DNA of 64,000 nucleotides, from assembly GCA_018401745.1 (NCBI GenBank), contig JAGYJY010000008.1, forward strand, positions 31,699-95,698, read 5' to 3'. Positions 37,292 to 46,775 of the stretch are shown here, one piece after another. The notes beneath the pieces were generated by a model that saw only the letters and a program-made list of their open reading frames with translations, made no database searches and was not told the DNA's origin. Position numbers and translations under genes: made by a program. The stretch comes from Pirellulales bacterium. Lineage in GTDB: Bacteria; Planctomycetota; Planctomycetia; Pirellulales; UBA1268. How positions within the stretch are numbered: position 1 is the first letter of the stretch; each line of letters opens with the position of its first letter.

Positions 37292-38224
37292 TCAGCCTCT
37301 CCCGAGGACCTGCCCGAGGGTTTCCATCAGCACGCTGCCGCTCCGCTTGAGCCCCTGGAGCTCTTTGGGCCAGAGGTCGATCTCGAGGCACCGCTCGGCT
37401 CCGCCACGGCCCACCACGGTGGGAACGGAGAGGGCGACGTCCCGCAGGCCGTAGCAGCCCCGTTGCACGGTCGAGACCGGCAGGATCCGCTTTGAGTCGA
37501 GTGCGATCGCGTGGATCACCTCGGCAATCGACACGCCGACGGCGAAGCCGGCACCGGTCTTCTTCTTGATCATCTCAGCACCCGACGTCTTGGCCCGCAG
37601 GAAGACCTCCTCGCCGAGCTTTGTCGTGAAGCCAGGAAACTTCTCCATTGGCAGGCCGCCGATGCTCGCGCTCGACCAGATCGGCACCATGCTGTCGCCA
37701 TGCTCGCCGAGGATCACGGCCGACACCTGCGTGGCAGGAGCCCCAAGCCGCATCGCCAGCAGGCTGCGGAAGCGGAGCGTGTCGAGCAGGGTGCCTAGGC
37801 CAACCACATGCCCCTGCGGCAGCGAGAGCTCTCGCTCGGCGAGCGCGGTGAGGATGTCGACGGGATTGCTGACCACCAGCACGATCGCGTCGCTCCGCAT
37901 GCCCGCTGAGGTCAGGCTGCCGAGGATCGTGCGGAAGAGCTCCACGTTGCGGTTGATCAAGGCAAGCCGGCTCTCGTCGGGCTTCCGCCGCAGGCCGGCA
38001 GTGATGCAGATCAGATCGGCATCGGCCAGGCTCTCGTAGCCGCCGGCATAGATCGCCTGATCGGCCACGGCTGCCGTGCCATGGAGCATGTCGAGCGCCT
38101 GGCCGTCTGCCAGATCGGCATTGGCGTCAACGATCACGATCTCATGAACAACGCCGCCAAGCTGCAGGGCAAAGCCTGCCGACGAACCAACGATCCCACC
38201 GCCTCCAATGATCCCGACCTTCAT
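37292..38224 (-). CDS. mdh: LDH/MDH-family dehydrogenase, probably malate dehydrogenase
   Basis: MKVGIIGGGGIVGSS Rossmann start and a GEHGDS motif. The substrate-specificity position reads ITAGLRRKP (Arg where L-LDH has Gln), which favours MDH. Confidence 0.85.
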   Translation of the reverse strand: MKVGIIGGGGIVGSSAGFALQLGGVVHEIVIVDANADLADGQALDMLHGTAAVADQAIYAGGYESLADADLICITAGLRRKPDESRLALINRNVELFRTILGSLTSAGMRSDAIVLVVSNPVDILTALAERELSLPQGHVVGLGTLLDTLRFRSLLAMRLGAPATQVSAVILGEHGDSMVPIWSSASIGGLPMEKFPGFTTKLGEEVFLRAKTSGAEMIKKKTGAGFAVGVSIAEVIHAIALDSKRILPVSTVQRGCYGLRDVALSVPTVVGRGGAERCLEIDLWPKELQGLKRSGSVLMETLGQVLGRG

Positions 38225-38304
38225 GGGCTCGATTCCTCTGTTTCAAAGTGCTCTGTGTTGTGTCTGTCGCTTTCGCTGCTGCCACCCGAAGGGCCGCTGC
38301 AGCC

Positions 38305-39195
38305 TTAGCTGCCGATGCCCAGCTGACGGCAGACTTCTTCGGTGACCGCCTTCACCAGGGCTTCCTTGTCGAGCCCTGCCGGAACAGCCGGCGCCGCAGC
38401 CGAGGCGGGCATGGCCGGTGGCGGCACAAAGGCCTTGCGGTCGACGCCGCTCTGGCCCCAGCTCGCGCGGAAGACGTCGTTGGCGCAGATGTCGCAGTCG
38501 GCGAGTTCGTCGGTGAGCCGAGGATCCTTGAAGCCCCACTGCTTCTTCAGGTCGAGCAGCTCCTGGGTTTCATTCTTGGAGAGGTAGGTGACGCGGCCGA
38601 GATCCTTGGCGAGCATCAGGATGCGGCAGTAGGCGTCGAGAATCTCGGTCCACCAGTAGGCCTTCTCCACGCTCTCGCCGAAGCTGACCGTGCCGTGGTT
38701 GGCCAGGATCACGACGCTGCTCTTCTGCACGAAGGGCTTCACCGTGTCGGCAAACTTCTGTCCGCCGGGCGTCTCGTAGCGGGTGATCGGCACATCCCCG
38801 AGGAAGACCTCGACCTCAGGCAGCACGCACTGCGGGATCGGCTCACGGGCCACCGCGAACGCCGTGGCATGCGGCGGGTGGCAGTGCACCACGCTCTTCA
38901 CGTCGGGCCGCTCCTTCATGATCGTCAGATGCAGCAGCACTTCGCTCGAACGCTTGCGATGGCCTGCGAGCTGCTTGCCCTCCATGTCGACAATGCAGAG
39001 GTCGGAGGGCTTCATGAAGCCCTTGCAGATCTGCGTCGGCGTGCAGAGCACCTCGTTGGGCCCGAGCCGAAATGAGATGTTGCCGTCGTTGCCGGCAGCA
39101 AAGCCCTTGTTGTAGATCCGGCGGCCGATGTCGCAGATTTCTTCCTTGAGCTTGGAAAGCGGCTTGTCGGTGGTGGGGCCGGCTGGCATTGCCAT
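38305..39195 (-). CDS. Class II aldolase (fuculose/rhamnulose-1-phosphate aldolase-like) with a C-terminal encapsulation peptide
   Basis: GNDGNISFR, HCHPPHATAF and ILANHGTVSFG motifs. The C-terminus is a Pro/Ala linker followed by the amphipathic LDKEALVKAVTEEVCRQL. Confidence 0.85.
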   Translation of the reverse strand: MAMPAGPTTDKPLSKLKEEICDIGRRIYNKGFAAGNDGNISFRLGPNEVLCTPTQICKGFMKPSDLCIVDMEGKQLAGHRKRSSEVLLHLTIMKERPDVKSVVHCHPPHATAFAVAREPIPQCVLPEVEVFLGDVPITRYETPGGQKFADTVKPFVQKSSVVILANHGTVSFGESVEKAYWWTEILDAYCRILMLAKDLGRVTYLSKNETQELLDLKKQWGFKDPRLTDELADCDICANDVFRASWGQSGVDRKAFVPPPAMPASAAAPAVPAGLDKEALVKAVTEEVCRQLGIGS

Positions 39196-39330
39196 GACTG
39201 CGATACTCCTTGTGGAATCTCTGGGGGGATCTGTTTGTGTTTGTTGGCTGGGTCGGCTCGTTGCCCAGCACTCAACTCTGCACGACTTTTTTGCTTGCGG
39301 TCTTTGTGGCGATCACGAAACGCAGACACA

Positions 39331-39639
39331 TCACTCCGCCTGCGCCGGTTCTGAGGGTTGAAGGGGCAGGTTGAGGCGGTCGATGATCGCCGCCACAAAG
39401 GCGTCCACCGGTCGCATCTCGGGCCGGAAGGGCTGAGCTGCCTCGCCCCCCTCAGAGAAGGCGACGAGCTGGCCAACGCCAGCCCCGAGGCAGTCCCAGG
39501 CGACCAGCGGCTCGGCTGGGCCATCGCCGGCTGCCAAGTCGTCGGCCGAGAGCGGCACCAGCATGCGGAGCATGCCTCCCCGCATCGCGGGGTGGGCCTG
39601 GGAGAGCGTGACCGATCCGATGACGCGGGCGAGTCTCAT
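39331..39639 (-). CDS. BMC-P (EutN/CcmL-family) pentameric vertex protein
   Basis: MRLARVIGSVTLSQ..., DCLGAGVGQLVAFSEGGEA, PVDAFVAAIID. ATG overlaps the upstream stop as ATGA. Confidence 0.8.
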   Translation of the reverse strand: MRLARVIGSVTLSQAHPAMRGGMLRMLVPLSADDLAAGDGPAEPLVAWDCLGAGVGQLVAFSEGGEAAQPFRPEMRPVDAFVAAIIDRLNLPLQPSEPAQAE

Positions 39640-40436
39640 GGCGTGGCCTCCTGGGCGGTGCTGCTGCAGCTGCAGGGGCGGCTGGCTGCAGCCAGATCGG
39701 CGGGCAGTGGCTGGTGCAGCTGTTTGGCAAACTCCACAGCCAGCCGCTGCAGACCTCCGGGGCCGAGCCGGCTCGGGTCGACCACCACGAGCGTGGCCCG
39801 ACACTCCTGGGCAAGCTGCAGCGCGTCGCGAACGCCCGTGGCCACCACCGCCCGGATCGTCCGCTTCCGGTTGGCGATCAAGGCGGCAGCCGCAGGCCGC
39901 GGAGAAAGCAGGAGGCCACGTGATCCGCTGCGGCTGGCGGCCTCGGCAAAGGCGTCGACAAGGCTGGCGATTCCCGCCGCTGGCAGCTGCTGGCCGTGCG
40001 GAACAGCGCGAGCCACGGCCGCCGCCTGGGCGACACAACGGCCAGGCAGATCGCAGGCGGCCACCAGGAAGGCTGGCGACCCAGCCTCCGCAGCCGCCGA
40101 GGTCGCTGCCTGAGCCATCCGCCGGAATGTGATCCGGCGGTCGGTGAGCCACTCGCGGGCCGAGGGCGTCAGCACGGCATCATGCCGCACGGTCACCTCG
40201 CGAAGGTCGCGAGGGAGTTTGGCCACGCTCGCAAGCACCACCACCTTCTCCGCCAGCATGGGAGCTGCAGCGGGGGGCTCAGCCGCCTGCATCGAGGCGG
40301 CTGCGGGGGCGGCGGGCGGCGAGGTTCCGTGCGATGCCGCACCGGCCGTCAGCCGGCGGACCACATCGGCTGCAATGCGGGCCACGAGCTGCTCCAGCTC
40401 GGTCGACGGCATGCGTGTGTTCGGTGCGGCAGGCAT
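39636..40436 (-). CDS. BMC-associated protein of unknown function with an N-terminal encapsulation-peptide-like helix
   Basis: N-terminal TELEQLVARIAADVVRRL followed by a Pro/Ala linker. The rest has no motif I recognise. It is embedded between two BMC-P genes. Confidence 0.6.
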   Translation of the reverse strand: MPAAPNTRMPSTELEQLVARIAADVVRRLTAGAASHGTSPPAAPAAASMQAAEPPAAAPMLAEKVVVLASVAKLPRDLREVTVRHDAVLTPSAREWLTDRRITFRRMAQAATSAAAEAGSPAFLVAACDLPGRCVAQAAAVARAVPHGQQLPAAGIASLVDAFAEAASRSGSRGLLLSPRPAAAALIANRKRTIRAVVATGVRDALQLAQECRATLVVVDPSRLGPGGLQRLAVEFAKQLHQPLPADLAAASRPCSCSSTAQEATP

Positions 40437-40442
40437 CAAGGA

Positions 40443-40724
40443 CTACATCTGTGAGGGAAGAGCAGGGGAGTCGACCAGGGCAATCGCACTCCATCGCGCT
40501 GGGGTGGTGTCGCTGCCAAGCAGCCCGCGGAGGGTGGCACCGTCGCTGGTGATCACCACCAGATCGCCCACCGCCGCCGCCACCGTATCGATCGCCAGCT
40601 GGGGGTCGCCGTCGGCCGTCGTGCGATCAGCCATGACCGGCTGCACCACCAGCAGCCGACGCCCCTCAAGGGACGCATGCTTCACGGTGGCGATCGCGGT
40701 GCCGAGAACGTGGGCGAGCTGCAT
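40443..40724 (-). CDS. BMC-P (EutN/CcmL-family) vertex protein
   Basis: MQLAHVLGTAIATVKH..GRRLLVVQP...AIDTVAAAVGDLVVITSDG...AIALVD. Confidence 0.8.
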   Translation of the reverse strand: MQLAHVLGTAIATVKHASLEGRRLLVVQPVMADRTTADGDPQLAIDTVAAAVGDLVVITSDGATLRGLLGSDTTPARWSAIALVDSPALPSQM

Positions 40725-40798
40725 GATGAAAAACGTGGGGAAGGGTGAGGTCTCAGGTCGTCAAACCGGGGCCGGGCCCATGGGGGCAGGCGGTGGAA

Positions 40799-42277
40799 TC
40801 AGGCAACCGCGTCGGGGCTGCCCAGGATGCGGAGGTCGTCGACCAGGGTGCACCGCCGCTGCCGGGTGAAGGTCAGCGGGGTGGTGACCCCTTCGCCGGT
40901 CGGCGTGGCGATGGAAAACGAGAGGTAGCCCTCGCCGCCGAGGCCCAGGCCTGCAACGCTCGGGCCGTTCTTCACAAACAGGGTGGTGTCGAGCAGGCGG
41001 CCCATCCGCGTCATCGTGCGGACGTTCGTCGAGTGGATGATCGCGGTGTGGCGGAAGCCGTGCTCGCTCTCGTGGGCCCGCTCAATCGCCTCGTCGACGG
41101 TGCGGCAGCGGACAAACGGCAGGAAGGGCATCATCTGCTCAGTGGGCACAAACGGGTTGTCGAGGTCGGTCTCACCAAAGACAAGCTCCAGCCGCTCGTC
41201 GGCCGTCGCACCAGCCGCCTTGGCCAGCAGGGCCGCATCCTTGCCGAGGAGATCCTTGCAGGGCACCGGGTGCCGATGCTCGCCTTCGCCCGCCATCACA
41301 ATCGCCCGCTTGGTGAGGGCATCGACCTGGGAGGCTGTCAGGCGAAGGCCACCGGCCCGCTCCATGGCGGCCATCATCGCGTCAAACACGCTCGCCACGA
41401 CGAAGACCTGTTTCTCACCGATGCAGAGCAGGTTGTTGTCGTAGGCAGCTCCCTGGATGATCGACCGAGCTGCCCGGTCGAGGTCGGCCGTCTCGTCGAC
41501 GACCACCGGCGGGTTGCCGGGGCCAGCCACGATCGCCCGCTTGGTCGACTGCAGGGCCGCCCGAGCCACCGCCGGGCCGCCGGTCACGCAGATCAGCTTC
41601 ACACCGCGATGGGCAAAGAGCTCGGAGGCCGATTCAAGGGTCGGTTCAGCCACAAGGGTGATCAGGTTGTCGACACCGAGGTCGCGATAGATCGCCTGGT
41701 TGAAGCGACGCACTCCCTCGGCGGCCACCTGACGGCCGCTGGGATGCGGATTGACCACCACCGTGTTGCCACCAGCAATCATGTTGACGGCGTTGCAGGC
41801 GATGGTCGGCAGCGAATGGGTCACCGGCGTGATCGCACCAATCACGCCGAAGGGAGCATGCTCGATCACGGCGAGGCCGTGGTCTCCACTGAAGACCTGG
41901 CTCTGAAGAAACTCCACCCCCGGCACCTTCTCACCGAGAACGCCCAGCTTTTCAATCTTATGGTCGAGCCGGCCGATCTTGGTCTCCGCAAACTCCATGC
42001 GGCCGAGCTCTTCGGCGTCTTCGATGGCGATGCGGCGGATGTGGGAGATCGCCCGCTTGCGGCCGTCGACACCGAGCCGCTCAAGCTGCTCAAAGGCATC
42101 GGTGGCGGCCCGCACGGCCTCATCAACGCTGGAGAAAACGCCGTTGGCACCGGCGAGTGACCCGCTGGCCACCGGCCCTGCGACCGGAGCAGCAGCAGCC
42201 GATGGCTGGCCGATTTCAGCGATCACCTGACGGACGATGCTGGCGATACTGTGGGGATCGATGGTGGCTGTAGACAT
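40799..42277 (-). CDS. CoA-acylating aldehyde dehydrogenase (PduP/EutE-like) with an N-terminal encapsulation peptide
   Basis: N-terminal helix [15 protein letters not shown] plus an Ala/Pro linker. ALDH core with the catalytic-Cys region ([15 protein letters not shown]). Confidence 0.85.
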   Translation of the reverse strand: MSTATIDPHSIASIVRQVIAEIGQPSAAAAPVAGPVASGSLAGANGVFSSVDEAVRAATDAFEQLERLGVDGRKRAISHIRRIAIEDAEELGRMEFAETKIGRLDHKIEKLGVLGEKVPGVEFLQSQVFSGDHGLAVIEHAPFGVIGAITPVTHSLPTIACNAVNMIAGGNTVVVNPHPSGRQVAAEGVRRFNQAIYRDLGVDNLITLVAEPTLESASELFAHRGVKLICVTGGPAVARAALQSTKRAIVAGPGNPPVVVDETADLDRAARSIIQGAAYDNNLLCIGEKQVFVVASVFDAMMAAMERAGGLRLTASQVDALTKRAIVMAGEGEHRHPVPCKDLLGKDAALLAKAAGATADERLELVFGETDLDNPFVPTEQMMPFLPFVRCRTVDEAIERAHESEHGFRHTAIIHSTNVRTMTRMGRLLDTTLFVKNGPSVAGLGLGGEGYLSFSIATPTGEGVTTPLTFTRQRRCTLVDDLRILGSPDAVA

Positions 42278-42280
42278 GGG

Positions 42281-42607
42281 TTAGGCATTCCTTGAAAAGA
42301 CATCGTGGCCCTCGACCGTCACCGCATCGACGAGGCCGATCACCACCGCGTCGATCGGCAGCGTCTTGGTTTCGGGGGTCATGCGGGCGCTCGACCCTTG
42401 GGTCACCAGCACAAACTCACCTTCGCCCGCCCCCAGGGCGTCGACGGCAATGAAGGTGCGGCCGGTCGACACGAGCCGGTCGCGGCCCGCCCCGTTGGCC
42501 TTTGCCTCCGCGAGCCGGTAGGGCTCCACGATCAGCAGCTTGTGGCCGGTCATCGACGCCGCTTTCTGCGTGGCGATGATCGATCCGGTGACGCGTGCAA
42601 TGAACAT
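42281..42607 (-). CDS. BMC-P (EutN/CcmL-family) vertex protein
   Basis: MFIARVTGSIIATQK...GHKLLIVEP...AVDALGAGEGEFVLVTQGSSAR...PIDAVVIGLVD. Confidence 0.85.
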   Translation of the reverse strand: MFIARVTGSIIATQKAASMTGHKLLIVEPYRLAEAKANGAGRDRLVSTGRTFIAVDALGAGEGEFVLVTQGSSARMTPETKTLPIDAVVIGLVDAVTVEGHDVFSRNA

Positions 42608-42634
42608 CGGTGGCCTCGGGTGAGTAGGTTCGTT

Positions 42635-43849
42635 TCAGTTGGCTGCGAGCAGGTCGCGAGTCTGACGGGCGACGACGATCTCTTCGTTGGTGGGAATGAC
42701 CCAGATCGCCACGCGGCTGCCGGCCGCATGGATCGGCCGCTCGCCGCTGCCGGCGGTGTTGGCTTCGGCATCGAGCTGGATGCCAAGGTCTTCCAGGCCA
42801 CGGCAGACTTCCTCGCGAACCAGCGGGGAGTTCTCGCCGATCCCACCGGCAAAGCCGAGTCCATCGAGCCCGCCGAGTTCGACGAGGCCACCACCGAGCC
42901 AGTGGCGAATGGCAGCCACATAGACAGCAATCGCATCGGCCGCCCGCTGGCTTCCACCCTCGGCAGCAGCCTCGAGGTCCCGCATGTCGCCCGAGGTGCC
43001 CGACATGCCTGCCAGCCCGCTGTGCGACGAGAGCTCATTGAGCAGGTCGTCGAAGGAGCGGCCAGTGGCCTTTGCCATGTGCCGGAGCACGAAGGGGTCG
43101 ACATCACCGGCCCGGTTGTTTTGCGGCAGCCCAGACTGGGGGCTCATGCCCATCGAGGCTCCCACACTCTGCCCGTCCCGGAGCCAGCAGACGCTGCTTG
43201 AGCCACCGAGGTGGCAGGAGACCGCGCGGTGCGGGCGTCCTGCGGCCGCCGGCACACGCTGCTGCAGCCGACCGGCGACATAGCGATGGCTGGCCCCATG
43301 AAAGCCCCATCGCCTCACCAGGTGCTCCTCGACCCATGCGGTCGGAACCGCATAGAGCGCGTTGCGGGTGGGGATGGTGGCGTGGAAGCCCGTCTCAAAC
43401 GCTGCCACCAGCGGCACGCCGGGCAGCCTGGCGGCCACCGTTCGCATCGCGTTGACGTAGGGTGGATTGTGGGCTGGAGCGACTTCGGCCATTTCCTCCA
43501 TCGCTGCCAACACCTCGGGTGTCACGCGGGTGACACCCCCAGCCCTTCCGCCATGCACCGCCTTGAAGCCCACCGCGGCCACCTCAGCAACATCCCTGAG
43601 TGGACCGCCCGCCCCTGTGAGCTGCCCAAGAGCCGCCTCAAGGGCGACGCCATGGTCGGGCACGGGCTGAACCGCTTCGAGCACCGCCTCGCCCGCTGAG
43701 GCGTAGACACGGCTTTCCGCAGCCCCGATCCGCTCCACGCCGCCCCGTGCCAGCTCTGTTTCCGCCCCAGCCGACGTCGCAGCGTCGGGCAGGTCGAAAA
43801 GCCGGTACTTGAAGCTCGTGGAGCCGAGGTTGGCAACAAGGATCTTCAT
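42635..43849 (-). CDS. ackA: Acetate (short-chain acyl) kinase
   Basis: MKILVANLGSTSFKYRLFD N-terminus, GFHGASHRYV, GGIGENS. Confidence 0.9.
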   Translation of the reverse strand: MKILVANLGSTSFKYRLFDLPDAATSAGAETELARGGVERIGAAESRVYASAGEAVLEAVQPVPDHGVALEAALGQLTGAGGPLRDVAEVAAVGFKAVHGGRAGGVTRVTPEVLAAMEEMAEVAPAHNPPYVNAMRTVAARLPGVPLVAAFETGFHATIPTRNALYAVPTAWVEEHLVRRWGFHGASHRYVAGRLQQRVPAAAGRPHRAVSCHLGGSSSVCWLRDGQSVGASMGMSPQSGLPQNNRAGDVDPFVLRHMAKATGRSFDDLLNELSSHSGLAGMSGTSGDMRDLEAAAEGGSQRAADAIAVYVAAIRHWLGGGLVELGGLDGLGFAGGIGENSPLVREEVCRGLEDLGIQLDAEANTAGSGERPIHAAGSRVAIWVIPTNEEIVVARQTRDLLAAN

Positions 43850-43889
43850 CGACAGTCGTCTCCTCCGTGATGGCTCAGCGACAGGCGTC

Positions 43890-44159
43890 TCACGAAAAGA
43901 ACGCTGCCGTGAGGCTCTCCGCTGGACGAGGGATCACGTGGCTGGCGACCAGATCGCCCACCTGCGCCGCGGCATTGCTACCGGCTTCCACAGCCGCTCG
44001 CACGCTGCCCACATCTCCCTGCACCACGGTGGTCACAAACGCGCCGCCGATGCTGACCCGCTTGAGGACCTTCACGTTGGCCGCCTTGGCCATGGCGTCG
44101 GTCGCCTCAACGAGGCCCACCAGACCCTTGGTCTCAATCAATCCGATAGCCGTATTCAT
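43890..44159 (-). CDS. BMC-H hexameric shell protein
   Basis: AIGLIETKGLVGLVEATDAMAKAANVKV...GDVGSVRAAVEAG is a canonical BMC domain. ATG at 44159. Confidence 0.85.
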   Translation of the reverse strand: MNTAIGLIETKGLVGLVEATDAMAKAANVKVLKRVSIGGAFVTTVVQGDVGSVRAAVEAGSNAAAQVGDLVASHVIPRPAESLTAAFFS

Positions 44160-44213
44160 GAGTTGTTTCCTGAAGAAGAGAACATGAGATTTCAACACCA
44201 CCCAGGCAGGCGA

Positions 44214-44513
44214 TCAGTCGCTAGCGCCGGGCAACGAGACGGGCAGCACGACATGCAGATCATCGTGCGGACGTGGAATGACCTGCACACTGACCACATC
44301 GCCAATCCGGCCGGCTGCCGCTGCCCCGGCGTCGGTTGCTGCCTTCACGGCGGCCACATCGCCCGAGACAAATGCCGTCACGAGGGCACTGCCGATCTTG
44401 TCCCAACCGAGGAAGGTGACGTTGGCCGCCTTCATCATCGCGTCGACTGCCTCGACGAGCGTGACGAACCCCTTCGTCTCGATCATGCCGAGGGCTTCGA
44501 TGTTTTTTGCCAT
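44214..44513 (-). CDS. BMC-H hexameric shell protein
   Basis: [26 protein letters not shown]...[17 protein letters not shown]...VIPRPH. Confidence 0.9.
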   Translation of the reverse strand: MAKNIEALGMIETKGFVTLVEAVDAMMKAANVTFLGWDKIGSALVTAFVSGDVAAVKAATDAGAAAAGRIGDVVSVQVIPRPHDDLHVVLPVSLPGASD

Positions 44514-44603
44514 CTGCTGCTCCTGAACTCCGCTCCACTCAAACCTCCGGGCGGGTGCCCGGCGGCCGTGCCGGCACGCGCCGGCAAGACGGCCATGAAT
44601 CGT

Positions 44604-45299
44604 TTACGTCTGCCGAATCAGCTCCACGCTCTCCGCATGGTCGAGGTCGGCAGCATTGCCTTCGTCGGTGTCGATGTGCACCTCAAGTTTGCTCGTCGCG
44701 TCGGCCCGCACGAGCAGGTCGCGAAACACGGTGCTGCAGCTGCCCTTGATCACAAGGCTCATGCGGTCGCCGTCACGGACACCAAAAAACTCGGCGTCGG
44801 CGTGGCTCATGTGGACATGCCGCTCGGCACGGATCACGCCCTCGGAAAGCTCAATCGCCCCAGCTGGCCCGACGAGCACGCAGCCTGGGGTGCCGGCGAT
44901 TTTGCCACTGGCGCGAACTGGGAGCGTGAGGCCGAGGGAGATCGCATCCGTGAAGGCGAGTTCCACCTGCGAGGCCTTCCGCGTAGGGCCGAGCACCCGC
45001 ACCGTCGGCAGCATTCGCCGCTTGGGCCCGACCACCATCACGGTTTCCTCGGCGGCATAAAAGCCGTCTTGGTAGAGGCTCTTCTGCGGCGTGAGCGTGC
45101 TGCCAGGGCCGAAGAGCTTCTCAACGTGCGCATCAGTTAGATGACAGTGCCGGGCGGAGATGCTGACCACGAGCTTCGGCTCGCCGGCGGGCTGCTGCGA
45201 TGGCGGCGGCTCGTGCGAGCGGAGCACGATCTCACGAACGATCCGTTCGACCTGGGAGCGATCGAGGCCCGCGGCCATGGTGGGCAGGGAAAGACTCAT
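44604..45299 (-). CDS. pduL: PduL-type phosphotransacylase with an N-terminal encapsulation peptide
   Basis: Two PduL repeats (ISARHCHL..., RAERHVHMS...). N-terminal helix [14 protein letters not shown] plus a Pro-rich linker. Confidence 0.85.
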   Translation of the reverse strand: MSLSLPTMAAGLDRSQVERIVREIVLRSHEPPPSQQPAGEPKLVVSISARHCHLTDAHVEKLFGPGSTLTPQKSLYQDGFYAAEETVMVVGPKRRMLPTVRVLGPTRKASQVELAFTDAISLGLTLPVRASGKIAGTPGCVLVGPAGAIELSEGVIRAERHVHMSHADAEFFGVRDGDRMSLVIKGSCSTVFRDLLVRADATSKLEVHIDTDEGNAADLDHAESVELIRQT

Positions 45300-46125
45300 G
45301 CGGCAGGCTCCTCACCGTGAGACGTGGAGAGAGTGGAGAGGTCAGCGTCGTCATCGCTGACCGGCGTGGTCACCAACCGCACACCGGCCTGGGCAACCTT
45401 CTTCCGCCATGGCGGTGCGAGGCCCTCGTCGACCACGAGGCAGTTGATATCGCTGAGCCCACAGACGAGCGTCAGGCTCCGACGTCCAAACTTGGAGCTG
45501 TCGGCCACAACAATCACGCGGCTGCCAGCCTTGAGCATTGCCTGCTCGGTTTCGGCCAGCAGCAGATGGGCGTTGAAGAGGCCTTCCTCGGCGATTCCGG
45601 CAGCGGAGAGCACGGTCGTGGAGACGTGCAGCCGGCCGAGCAGTTCGTTGGCGTAGGGGCCGAGGCAGACGCCTGTTTTGGGTGAGACGTAGCCCCCGAG
45701 CAGAACGAGATCAGTCCGCGACTCCGAGACGAACAGGTTTGCCACCGGCAGGCTGTTGGTGACCACCTGCAAAGGCCTGCCGACAAGCTGGCGGGCCACT
45801 TCGTAGGTGGTGGTGCCGCCATCGAGCAAAACGGTCTCGCCATCCTCGATTTCTTCGGCGGCGGTAGCCGCGATCGCCCGCTTGGCCGCCCAGTTGGCTG
45901 GCTGCCGCTGGTCAAACTCCTCGAGCTTCGGGCTCGGCCACCGCGATAGACGGCTCCACCATGCGTCCGCCGAGCGATGCCCTGCTCCTCGAGGAAGTCG
46001 AGATCGCGACGAATGGTCGATTCTGAAACCGCCAGCTCGCGGACAAGTTCGTCCAGCGACGCAAAGCCGCGGACGCGGATCAGGTCGGTGAGGCGGTGCC
46101 GCCGTTGCTGGGAGTGTGCTGGCAT
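45296..46125 (-). pseudogene. DeoR-family transcriptional regulator of the BMC locus, frame broken once
   Basis: The HTH half (SLDELVRELAVSESTIRRDLDFLEEQGIARRTHGGAVY) is in ORF 45514..46209. The sugar-phosphate-binding half (KRAIAATAAEEIEDGETVLLDGGTTT...) is in ORF 45296..46174. One missing base near 45935-45940 joins them. The stop overlaps the pduL ATG as ATGA. Confidence 0.8.
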
Positions 46126-46367
46126 GGTGAAACCCCGAATGCCACCAGCATGACTCAACGCGATCATTTTGCAACCGTTTTCAATCGCGTCCCGCATGGT
46201 TTCAATCAAAAACTCACAAACGACTGCCAGGAAGCAACAAAAACGTGGCTCGCCACCACACTGCGCACTCTGCGCAAACCCTGCGGCCTCCCGTCGCCCC
46301 CAAATCTAGCCCACAAAAACCCGCAAGAAAGAAAACCACCAAAAAAGGCCACAATCAGACCGCTTCC
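46126..46367 (-). promoter_or_regulatory. Comparatively AT-rich upstream region of the deoR/BMC operon (candidate promoter/operator)
   Basis: A local drop in GC directly 5' of deoR. Contains a direct repeat of GTTTCAAT(C) (CCGTTTTCAATCG / TGGTTTCAATCA). No consensus promoter identified. Confidence 0.3.
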
Positions 46368-46775
46368 CGGGACGGGCCCGCGGGTGCCGCCCGCCGTGAA
46401 CGGGACGGGTCCGCGGGTACCGCGCCGTGAACGGGACGGGTCCGCGGGTACCGCGCCGTGAACGGGACGGGTCCGCGGGCCGCGAAGCGGCCGCGGCACA
46501 GCCGAGGTGCCTGCGGCACCCGTGGACCCGTCCCGCTTGCGTAGAGGCTGACCGGCCGCTGGCCGCCGCGTCCGCGAGCGGACAGGCCCGGCCTGCAAAG
46601 CGCTTCAGCGAGCGGGTGAGCCCGGGACCTGACCCGCCGGCGTACAGGAGCCGAGCGACGCCCGGAGGGCCAAAGCGCAAGCGGATATCCGAGCCGAGCC
46701 GCAGGCCGCCTGCGAGGGCCCGCAGCGAGCGTCCGGAGGGGCAGCCCCGGGCTCACCCCGAGCGGCCCACCCACC
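46368..46775. repeat. Composite GC-rich repeat element, copy A
   Basis: Three tandem units of about 31 nt (CGGGACGGGTCCGCGGGTACCGCGCCGTGAA). Next comes a long imperfect hairpin (GGGACGGGTCCGCGGG...CCCGTGGACCCGTCCC). A 3' module is shared with copy B (GGGTGAGCCCGGG, CCCGGAGGGCNAAAGCG, GGGCTCACCCCGAGCGGCCCACCC). The element ends at the purN stop codon. Confidence 0.8.

Noticed and set aside
37292-38224. The LDH/MDH-family gene as the lactate dehydrogenase or NAD-recycling partner of the adjacent microcompartment
   Set aside because: It is tempting because of the 80-nt spacing on the same strand. However, the specificity position reads Arg (GLRRKP) as in malate dehydrogenases, not Gln as in L-LDH, so I call it a probable housekeeping mdh. 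Enzymology would be needed to revive the idea.
46368-46480. Tandem 31-nt repeats as a possible CRISPR array
   Set aside because: The units are directly adjacent with no unique spacers. There are only about three copies, no cas genes are in the window, and the same core occurs in inverted orientation forming hairpins.
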